A stretch of 64,000 nucleotides of DNA, taken from the NCBI GenBank assembly GCA_977030845.1, contig OZ365110.1, forward strand, positions 17,484,001 through 17,548,000, given 5' to 3'. Below are positions 22,701-34,700 of this stretch, one piece after another. This DNA is from Fimbriosthenelais zetlandica. Its lineage: Eukaryota. Positions within the stretch are counted from its first letter, which is position 1. Every line of letters begins with the position of its first letter. The position numbers and the translations under genes were made by a program. Below the pieces are notes generated by a model. The model did no database searches. It was given only the letters and a program-made list of their open reading frames with translations, and was not told the DNA's origin.

Positions 22701-25700
22701 GGTTGAGCATGGGGTATAGGGTCCTTACCCCTGGAATGAGTGTGCTATATGGGGTTAGAGCCTATACCAGAGGGCAAGAGGGACCCCAACTAGTTCCCTA
22801 CAGGAAGTTCACTGGTTTGGGTTACCTTGGAAATGATGGGTACAACAGCTGCAGATGTTTCAGGAGATGGTACCAATCTCTCCTGTCCCACTTGGATGGG
22901 AGAAAAGCACGGCTTGATGATTCCGGAAAAAGTTTTTCAACAAGACCAACATCATTTGAAGTCCGATATTTATTCACTTACCTTTCTCACCTCGATCCAT
23001 CCATCATTTTGTGCCACCAACTATCTGCTCGGGGTGGGACCTGGAAATGGATTTGTGAAGTCCCAAAAGGGGGAAAATTAGCTTTAAAAATACAAGTCAA
23101 GGATATGTTTACTTTAAGATCATCTAAGATCCTAATTGATTGATTGACATGTTTGCTATACACTCACAGTGTAAGCCCTATGCATGGATCGGTTGCGAAT
23201 GCCTTCTCCATGACCAATTTCCTTGTGAAAAAAACATTCCCCTGGTGAAAAACTAGACCATTTGGCTGAGACTAGTTTTCAACCCAAAAAGGTAAAGGGA
23301 GATTGATGACAAAACGACTATCTGACTCTGGATGAATACTTCCCAAATCTCATCATCTGAAGAAGGCAATCGTTTATTGTAAGGAGAACAATGTAAATCT
23401 TCCGGGCTGTCATAGCTAACCCACGCTCCACATGGCAGCATTGAAAGAACACATCAGTTAATGTGACTTTATTACACACAGGGGGATTAAGCCATACATG
23501 ATGTAAACGGCCATGCCCTATGTCATGTGTCATCCTGTAAAGGTCAATGCAGGTCGGTCTTATGTTTCAGGGGTCCTAACAAATGGCCAGCCAATACAAT
23601 TGATATGTGATGGTCACTTGACCAGGCTGACCATCTGCCTCTCGGACCTTGTCATTGCTGTGAGGGGGCGTTGACCGGTGGGTATGTGTGTGGAAAGGGT
23701 ACAAGGGGAGGAGATGAAGTGATGGATCAACAAAGACAGGCTTGGGGCGATGCACATAACTGCCGGATCTGACTTCTTGCTTTGCCTGGGGTGGACTGGG
23801 AGAAAGAGGGAAGAGGGGGTGGAGGAGTCAAGGGCACGACCTGTGGGTTCTTGGACGCCGATGGCGATTAATTGTGGACAGCTCAGCATGTGGGGCCTAT
23901 GACCTTCAGAAGGACAGAGTTTACGTTACGATTATTCGCCTACTTCAACAGTCCATTAAATTCTAAATAAATGCATTTACAGTACTTAAATTAATTGATT
24001 AATATATATATTGTCACTTTAAGTTAGTTTAAATTCTATTGTGGGACCAGGGTAATAGGACAAGTTTTTGCCTCGTTATTATAAAAGCAAATTTCATAAC
24101 TTAATGTTCACTGTTTCCAAAAACATTCATTTATTTTCCTGATCTGACCTGCCTTATTTCATCATATTATAAAGATCTAAGAGCCGGCCAAAGTACGTTT
24201 CAAACTTGGAAGTCTTCAAGCCATTATGGACTTTGGAATAAGAAAACTATGACAGGTGCCTCCCTGACCTTTTGCCTCAGGTGTCCATGTCACATCTGTT
24301 GGAAGCCATCACCAGTGGTATCTGCTATCATTCCATACTCTGCAACCCTACAAAACACCCATATTTACCTATTCAAGGGTTCCTATATATAACCAAACCT
24401 TTTCCGGGGGGGTCGGTGAGAAAGCTCCTCACTCTTTCCTGTTAGGTGATTCACTGCTCCGAGTTACTCACAGCGTGCTCAAACCCCAAATAAACAAACA
24501 TTAACTCTTATCTTATAAATATATTATCTTCTCTGGCTCACTCCGTAGAATCTTCTTGAATTGATCTATGTGTATTTGTATTAAATAGGAAGCGCCCTAT
24601 ATAGGTTAACCTATACATTACCTATTATCTATCAGTGTCACTCAGTGGTGTGATTTGATTATCTAAATAGCCACGGTTATTCGAGTGGTCACAATTATTT
24701 TGAATATATTAGCCGTTCTTTTCTAGCTGTAACAGGAGTAGCTTTGATTACTCCAGTGAATTACAAACGCAGGATTCTAACAATTTAGTCCAGTTCCCCT
24801 CTCGTTACCAGATAGCATAATACAAACCTACCGAGGGTTCTTGAGTAGTAAAAAAACACTGGCTTAGTTGGCAGCAGGGCTGAAGTTTATTTATCGAAGG
24901 ACAGCGAATCTCTCCAGATGCAATCTCTTTTTGTGTCCAAGTTTATCTTGGACTTTTTAGGGAGGAAGTAAGCAATCGAATCAGATTTTGGCGAGTGGTC
25001 TGGCACACGACAAACACTTGACAGTTTTCACAAACTCGTGCGCCTTTACGTCGAAACCCACAAGTCAAACTCTCGAGTGTCAACCAAAAAGAGACATTGC
25101 TGATCGTTCCTTACATGTTCTTTTGTTCGCCACCGAGCCAAAACTTTGTCATGTAATCTAAAAGTGAGTTGTGTTAATGCACGTGCCATTCCCAAACAGC
25201 TTGTTGGCTTCCACCCGGGAGATAACACCAAGTGTTTCCCTCAGATAGACTGGCAAGGAAATCTGAGTTAAGGGCAAAAAAAGTGTCTGCAATGTCAACG
25301 ATTAAAAATTTCCATTGTAAGGGGCTATATTTGATCAACCCTGTTGTAGCAGCTTGTATTTGTATTCCCATATGTACACAGTGGGATAGTGGACATGAAT
25401 GGGAAGGTATTCTAAGTTAAATACATGTGGCTGTTTTATTAGTCTTCCTAATAAATTTATCATTTTAAGAAAATTGTATGTGTCCTCTTGGACTAAGGAC
25501 ACATATTTCAAGGCACCCTTGAATTTTACGTTTGTTGGGTAGAACCTAACACTGGCACATCCCACACTTATGTCCATGTTAGGAAAACGAATGGAGGGGG
25601 TAGAGAGGATTTCTGTGACATTACCTCTGTAACCCAACACCCTGGCGCGAGCACATGTGGCCGAGATTGGTGTGTAAAGAAGGGAGTGACTGCATGCACC

Positions 25701-28700
25701 GGCACACTCCACGTCCAAGTCAGACGTGTGTGTGACTTATGTCCTCCCTCACACACAACCAGCCAACCCACTAAACTCTAGGTCCCCTTTCCCCATCTCC
25801 CTATAGGATGGTACATAAAAAAACCCTCCGGATCAAGAAAGGGAGGACGAGCCAATGTACACTAGCCCAGAAATGGATCCTGGAGCATGCCCTTCCTACA
25901 TTTCCAGTATAAATTGTTCCAGTACATTTCCAGTATAAATTGTTCCCTGTTGCTTCGCTAAATTTTAACTCCCTAAAAATGGAATAATCGTATCATTTAT
26001 ATTCTCCTAAACTAGCTGCTGCGAGCAGAATTGATGTACCCCCTTGATTCCAATAGAATTGTCCACTTCCGGTTCCGCCCTTGGAATTCCAAGTTACAGG
26101 ACCTTGATTTCGCCCCAAACCCTTCCACTCATCAGATTTACACCCATGGGTATACAGAGTAAAATGTAGCTGATTATCAGATAGCCAATAAAAATTTGGA
26201 CATACCCTTTAGGTATGGGGAAAAGGAACCACATGCAGGGCTGCCACGAGGCCCTCAGCTGAGTCATTCTATGTATATAGTTTCAGTCACCCTCACGAGG
26301 ATCGCTGCGGTCTGAGGACACCACGATGACACCTTTTTCCTGTACTCACTGTTATCTATGGAGGCCATTGCATGGTGGGTTGGGGGATCAACATACACAC
26401 ACAAATTCTTCCAAGTTCAAGATGCGTGTGTGTGTGAGTGCCCTTGACAGCTCACAGACTTCCTGTTGGCGACGAGCCTGAACTATTAGTGCTATCAGTC
26501 ACCACAAGGCCGCGCCACCACCATCCGCCGCCAACCCCACCCACCCTCTCTCCTTCTCCCTCCTCATCCTTCCCTCAAACAAGATTTGCTCCCTCCAAAG
26601 TCTCTTTTAGATAAAAACAAATGCTCCGCGAAATAATATCCTCCTACATCACCCTTTTGAATGGCTGTCATGGCAACCGCCCGTCCTTCTTTCTCAACCT
26701 CGTCGCTGTCCGTCCATCTGTCAGTGTCATGTCGTTTCCATGGTAACATAGCTCCCGTGCAGCGTCGGTTAATTACGGAATTAATGTCATTGTGGTTTAT
26801 CAGCGGTGGCAGGGTGGTTCCAAGCCACTGGAGCCAAGAGGCAATGGATCCTGATAAGCCTCGATACTTGGGGTTTGTTAGTCTCACATTCAGAAGGTCC
26901 TAGACCTATCTATCTAACACCAAACTGGTATTTCCCTAGTAATGCCCCATCTCCCATCAGAGTTATCTGGAATTGTTAGTCACAAAACGGTCGTAAATGT
27001 GTTGTATACACAAATGAAGAGGGTCTGTTAGAGTTTGTTATGATCTGTTACTTACATCACTAACTATACCCATGTCATCCATTTTAATGATCAATGGGGC
27101 ATTATTCAAAATGCCCAGTAAAACAAGTTTGATGGGTTATAAAGCTGTTCTGTATCTTATCAAGTAATGGTTTACGTATCTTGACAAGAAATCCAACATG
27201 TTAAGTCATATACTAAAACCCTCCTGACTTCTATCTCAAGTACAGTGATAGATCATTCATGATAACCCAACAAATATATCATAACAGACTCCATCAGCCC
27301 ATTCCTTCCCACTTCTCAGTATCACTGCATGTGAAAATCTAATAGGCCTCTATTTAATATTCCTCTATTCATGAAACATCCCAATAATATCTAAATCTTA
27401 ATTGAGCCTAATGTGTAAGGTGAGATATTTTATAGGTTTGTGAAGAAGACCACATAAATATTATATATGCTTCGGAAGCTGGGAAAGAAAAATTGAAGGA
27501 GGTTTTTGGAGGATATATCTAAAGGATTAGCTTGTAGTAACACGGCCTTATGATTGTATGGCCTATCCGAGTAACCACACCCACCCAAGCCATTTTACCT
27601 CGCCGCCATAACATTCCCTCCAGGGTATTCACTACAGCTCCACCCTGGAGCAGAGTAAAACACCTGGATGGAATAGCCTCAGACGGCCTGGTATACAGGT
27701 AGTAGCAGAGGAGAGGGGCTTAAACCACAGGTGTTCTAATTAAACCACGCATCCTTCCAGAAAACTAATTGAAACTGTTTGTCTTTCCCTTCGAAAGAAA
27801 AAAGAACTGGCGACTTTGAAGCTGTGACCTTGTTTAAACGCTTGCCAAACCAATTTAAAAGACTCAGACTCAGACAGGATAAAAATGACATGGAATGTTG
27901 AAGGCTGTGTGTTACTGAAAAGAACTGCCATTAGTTTAACCCCTCTGGACCGGGTGAGAATTGGGACTGGAGAAAATGGCATTTCACTGATCCATCAGCA
28001 TTGATTTTTCAGCGTTAATTCCCTCGACTTAGACAGGATATCCTGTGGCTTTTTTCCAAGCTCAAAATGACGACTGTAGTATGCCATAATTGTTTTACTC
28101 TGTGATGATCCCATATGGAACAGCACGTTTCTGCTCCCTTGCATCTTGAAGGAGCAGGAAGTGGGGTACATAGAGAGTCTTGAGTTATATAACTGTGTCA
28201 CATCATGTGCGGGTATCATGTCACCAAGACACATGCTAGAGATCAGTATGCACCGCTGACTCTGCCTCAGACGCCATGACGTGCTTCCGGCATTCCGCGG
28301 TGAAGACCTAGAAGGGCGGTGATTGGTCCACACGACCGGGAGGGCAGGAAGTCGGGGTAAGCGAGAATAACCCCTGGGTGGATCGTAGATGATTTGCTCC
28401 ATATTTCCCTCAGGATCACTTTGTCACCTCGCCGTCGGCTTCTGATCTCCTGTGACAAGGATTTATTTGCTTTTGCTCGTGTGTGTCATGGTCTTGTGCT
28501 GAGTTGAGGCATGATTCACATGGTCATACGTCTCTATGTAGGCTATCACAACGAGCACGTGTGTAGCCATTAATCAAAATATTATTCTTTGATTGTGGGG
28601 ATGATACATAAGTATCAGTGCAAACTAGGTTAGTTTCCTGCCTGTCTCGATCCAAAGAAAAATGGTGATATCATTTAAGCAACATATATGATGCATGACC

Positions 28701-31700
28701 CTCCCTATTGCCTCTATTTCTCAATGTTCTGTCTCTATAGATCTCTCAAGAGTCCCCGACCTTGTCGTTTGGGTATGGTTGGTATCATTGATGGCTTATT
28801 GATAGGTTATAATGTTCAGACCCGGGTTCTGACTTACTTACGGTCGTTGTATTGGATGCAGTGATAATTACAAACCCTTATGACTTCTGCTTTATGGCAA
28901 CTGCAAAAGTTCTGTCACACTTATATAATCTTATGAATATCCTAACTATGCAAGTTGTGGTGGATAAAGTCATTAAGGAATGGAATGATAACTTAAGTGT
29001 CCAGAGAATTTCATTTAATTATTGAACAGAATTTAACCTTCCTATTTATTTTGAATCTGGACTTGTTTTGAATCTGGACTCCTGTTAGGGGGCAGGAGTA
29101 GATGAAGTTGACTACGTTCATGGAGGACAGCTGGCGCTGGCCATCCTTGTGTAATGTTATCATTTTGATCCCTCTGTCGGACCTCTATTTACCTTGCTCA
29201 TCGCGTTGACAGACGAGGGATGCTGCAATGCTTTTCCACGTGCACAATACGACAGCTTTGTGTGGTCCCAAAGGAACTGACTCAAGCTGTAACACTCATA
29301 ACGCTGTGGGCCCATGCATCTTATCTTAAAAGTCCGAATCTACTGGGATAATGTATGATTACACAGGCTTATTACTTTTCAAATTGGAGTTGGTTTTCTA
29401 AATAATGATAATAAATGGCCCTCAAAAATCATCCCCTCCATCCTGTTTATTAAATATATTTATTTAAGTGTTCTCCTTGGAGGTTCTATCTTGAGCAAGT
29501 GTTTCGCTATTTCTTTCGTGGCCTACTGCCAAGGCCGCCAGGACACCTTTGATATTTGTATTTCTTTTGGGAAGAAGGCAAAAGCTTGTGTTATCTTTGT
29601 TTTAATGGACTAACTTATAACACATTAACTACAGGTTGAATGGTTTGGGCATTGATTAAACTACAATACCAATAGATCTCAAGTAACATGCAGGATAATG
29701 TTGTACTAAATGTACTTAACACATTAATTAAGGTGGGATTTAATATCTATATTATAAGTAATACATACAGTCATCCCCTCATGATTCATTTGCCTGTAGC
29801 CTGTAATAAAACACTGTGACAAAAACATATTTTGTAATACATTTTGTGTTTACTTTGGAATATACATAAACAAACTGATAACGGCTTTGGGACCTAGTTT
29901 GGGTCCCTAGTAATTCACAGGAGATGGAAACAAAATATCCCTTTTGGAAATATTTGCAGTGGAAGCTATGGTTCCCTAGGCAGGGCGGGGTAGCAAGGTA
30001 TGTTATCGGAGAGATAAGACATAAGAATTATGTCAGGTCGGGAGGGGCAAGGCTTGCTTGCCGCCAGCTCCCTACCCAGCCGCTCCATTCCATAGACAGG
30101 CCCCTATATAAATGTGTACAAGAATGCTCTTGGCCCAGGGATTTTTTCTATCCCTCTTTGGAGAGCATTATCTAATATTTGTCATGCTCAATACTGAGTT
30201 TTACATATGAGAGGAGGAGACTGTACCACCTGATATACAATAAGAACATTTTATAGACCCTCAGTTTATATGTGATAAGGGAAGACACTTGTGACCGCCC
30301 ATCTGAAGATATGTAGTATGCAAAATATCCGCGAACAATCAAATCATATAATTCAAGTGATATTTAGAGAATTTCATTTTTAAAATCTTAAGTAAAGTGA
30401 AAAACATAAAGTTCAGTTGAGTGATAACCTTTTCTAGGGATTGAATTGCTTCTTAACTCATGTATGTATATACACAGGGTGCAAGACATTCTTCAAGGTT
30501 AACTCCAGCCATTGCATTTGTGTCTGTGTGTTAGATTTCCACTTGCCAAGTTTTAAAAGGGGCTTTTCACAATAACTCTGAGTGATACGATTAACCCCGA
30601 GAGCCTTTTGAAGTTGTTTCTCCTTTCTTGACCCCAATCAAACTCCTGCCAAAGAAAACCTGTTAGTCCTGAAGCCCACCTAAACAGAGTATATATCCGT
30701 GCAACTGAGCTTAGTGCTGAACTAGATTATGAAAGATTATAATATCTTTTCACTCTACGGGCAAATATGGCTGAAAAATGCATTAGCAACATCTATAGCC
30801 CAATACATAAATATGACTCAGATTTACTCATGTCTTCCTGGGAAGTATGATGGCTCGCCAAAGTTCAGCCTGTTGAGCATTGCATGACACCTGACATCCA
30901 AACCCCCACTAAACCTCTATTACTAAACCGCGCCCATGTAGTTTCCAACCCTGAAACCCATATTTCAAAGGGCCGTTACTTGCTAAATGCCAACATATAC
31001 AAACGTTCAAGAATCTTATTCACGTGTCTTGCCCTCAGACAACTTAACCCCTCGTACCCCTCAGGTTTGGAAGCCCAGTTCTCAGCACTCCTAACCATTC
31101 ACTATTTGGAATGCTGCAACATGCTTTCAAAGCTTGTCATTTTCAGCGAGCCTCAAGCTCTTGAAGTGTGTATAAGCTCATAAGACCCTACCTACATGCT
31201 TGGGAATTATGGCATGCATACAAACACCGCATTTGTGCCATCCCCCTTCAATAACATTCCTCGGTGCTGGACCTTTAGGATTATACTGGCAGGGGTAACC
31301 GCATTTTAGTACTTCACCTTCAGAAAAAGAAATCTTTATACACTTGCACTTCTCCGCATCATCTGCTAGAATGGAGCAAAGAATTGTACCCGAAAGATGA
31401 ATACCAGCTATGTGGGAGGCTTGAGGCTTGGGTTATTTCCCCCCGAGGTTAGCTGGGATGGTTATGTCGCCTTCTGTAAGGGTAGGGTCTGTAGTGTTGT
31501 TAATTGCTATGTCCCTGATGAGCATGTATATTACTCCGGGGAATGCAGACCAGACATATCTTCCTTGTTGGCTGACATATGGCTTAGCACTGGTATATAG
31601 CCCTGGGATCCTCCAGATACCAGTGTTGTGTACTTGCTGTTGGAGGTGGCCTTTTGCTGTTGTCTAATAGCTACTTCAATATTTTTTTAAAGAGGTAAAA

Positions 31701-34700
31701 GTTCAAGGGTAAAAATAACAGCCTCATCTGCCCTAACCACCAGTCATCAGTTCGTAGACCCAATTCCTTCGGCAAGCCGCAAGTATTTTTTTCTCCGAAA
31801 AATGTAAGGGTGAGATCCACTCTGCACAGTTTGAGTGGTGTCAAAAGAATCTGGCTGAAATATGGCATATGCATATAAAGGATTATACATTTCAAGTAAT
31901 CATCATTGTAAAATTTCAACACATTAAAAAAATGCAAACTACGTTGAGAGGTTGCTGTCATATCCCCAGCATGTTAAATTGTCAGTTGAAATAAGACATT
32001 ATGGCCTAATGAATACCATATTATTTAGATACATAGTTCTACCATACTCGTTGGTTCTGCCCTATGCCATCTGTCAGCAACATGCTTCCTGATATAATTG
32101 ATGCATTTTTTACAAAGTGAAATTGATATTCAAAATTGCAAGTTCCACCTAGGAGAGAAATAGGGAACTACGGAAGAGTGAAGGAATGGAGAGGGAGCTA
32201 TGGAAAGGGGAAAGGGTGCGGGAGAGGGAGAGGAGAGATTTGATAGAGATACTAGTGAATCAAAGCTTTAAGAATAGTGTGATGGGAGTCGGTGGAGCTG
32301 GCAGGAATGGATGGATGGAGTGGTACGGAGGAAGGCTCTGACTCCAGACTGGCGTGTGTGAGCCTACAGGGGGTAATCAGACAAGAAAAAATGCAGCCAC
32401 AAAATATATATACAGTATATATAATGGCCCAATAACCAAATATCACGATAAACCCTTAAGTGCATGCATGCGTGGGTTATATAAATTTGAATAAATCTTG
32501 AATATTATATTTTATGGATTTATGCCGGTGGCATTCCTTCAATGTACTACTCCATACTAATTTCCATTCCTTGAGAGAAATCTTTTTTCTGTGATGAAAT
32601 TTGATGTATAGGTTAATGCAATAAGAAGGGTCCTGCTAATCTAGGTTAAAGAGGGGCAATATGTCCAAGTTCATGCACTAAGGGGCGGGGAGCATGCAAG
32701 TGATCGTCCGGGTTCAAGTGGGGGAATTATGTTGCCCCCAACGGCTGGTGCCAGGTAGGCAGGTCTGGTATCATACCCAACCAATCATCTACAGGTGGGC
32801 TCCACAACTCCACACTGATAAGACACACCCTCCCGGGGCCTTCATTTACCCTCGTCCCTTGGATCTTTAAATCATTTAAATTTTATGGTTCAGGTGGGAT
32901 ACCGTTACATGGGAAAGTGTGTGATGCCTTGGGTACATTAATATAGCTACTGTGTAGGTACATATGCCACACGAGATGGTTAGATCGTTTATATGTTTTG
33001 GTTGGAATATTTAGGTTTCAACAATCCATGGGCCAGTAAATATTTTACTCAATGTTACACTGTTATCGAAACTCTATAACAGTGTTAATTTAGGTTTTCA
33101 TAAGGACTGAACCTTTGGTTTCATAAGGACTGATCCAATCACTGATCCAATCAAGACTGATGTGTTTTAATTAGTATAACCTTTAAATCTGATATTATGT
33201 TCTTTTACTCCATCTCTACAATCTTTAGCCTACTCCCATCCCTTCCCTTCCATTCTATAATATTCCAGCCTTGTCTGAACACTAACGATAGTTTAATGCG
33301 TATATATTAACACCCAATAACTTGAATAAGGATCGGAGCTGAATAGATGCTGCTCTCTCCACACTGCCATAGCATACCCAGACTTCATGTAAGTGGAGCT
33401 CTCCCTTGGAGTCCAACGTGATTCGTGTATGAAACACTAGGCGGCGTCTTCGTACGGTGGCTGGAAAGAGCTGTATCTAAGAAAAGGTACATTTGTATCA
33501 GGACTACTTCATTGGGGATTTACACACGCCATAGGGCTATGACTGCCACGGGTTATATGAATGCTATCAGCTCATTATTAAATATATGTTTCGTACAAGA
33601 AATGTGTTTTCTAACATTCCTTAACTCTTATGAACTCACTATATCTAACTCCCATAACCCACTGTGAAACCTGAAAATGTCTTTCTGGATTTTCATAATT
33701 TCCATTCATAGGTCTTTCAGAAAGTGCTATTTGGTTTCAATTGGTTTGTTTCGCAGTTCTGTTTCTGTTAATTCCACTCCATGTGCTTCTCTAGAAGCTT
33801 GTTTTCTTGAAAAGGAATTGACTTAAAGTGTATTCCAACGAGGCATTTCTAATTCACTACCCTAAACGTTGAGGCGTTGAGGATGATCCCATCACGACAT
33901 GATATGAGCAAAAATCTTCGACTTAACACCGGCTGTAAGGAGGTTTAATCTGCCCAGTCATCCCACATCGATCACGTCTTGTTACTTTAGAATCCCCGGC
34001 TGTCAACACGGGGGATGTGGCCACTGCCTTAACACGCTTTCAGACCTGGTTTGAAGCCTCATTGCTTACGACAAGCCGCATTTTCCATGGGAAGTTGACT
34101 GCCTGATAGGAGACAGAGCCCTGGGGGCACCCAGAACCAAAGAGGATCCCTATGTCTCTTCCCGGCCCTCAAATTCAACATACGATCTTTCCTTATAAAA
34201 ATTATTTCCTTTCCTATATGCTGGGAAAATAAGATTTTCTCATGCGGAAATATGCTCTTTACTTGAAGACAAAATCAAGAGATCATGTGACCCCCCCCCC
34301 CCCCCCCCCCGAACAATCAACATTAGAATCATTAGATAAGGCAACTAAATTTCAAGCTTTGAAAAACATACTTTCAACCCCCCCTCCCAATGAACGTTTT
34401 TTTTTAGCTGGGTGGGGGTGGGGGGGGGGGGGGAAGGGGGTGTCTGAGTGCCCTCCCAGGGGAAGACAGAGGCAGTCTCGCCCTTTCACGCCTGCAGCGA
34501 GGATTAGACGAGACTAGGCTGATAAAGTGGGTCAGCTGCTCCCTTCCCCTCAGTTCCTGTGAACAGTGAGGCACCTGTCAGAAAAGACCTATAGATTCCC
34601 ACTCTATTCCCTTCCATTTGGGCTGAGAGTGGAACTTGGGCGGAAATGGGACTGATTGTCTTTGCATCAGCCACGAAAACTTCCCTCGAGCTCTTTTGTC

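Noticed and set aside
24985-25100. tRNA/SINE A-box-like TGGCGAGTGG
   Set aside because: No B box or cloverleaf.
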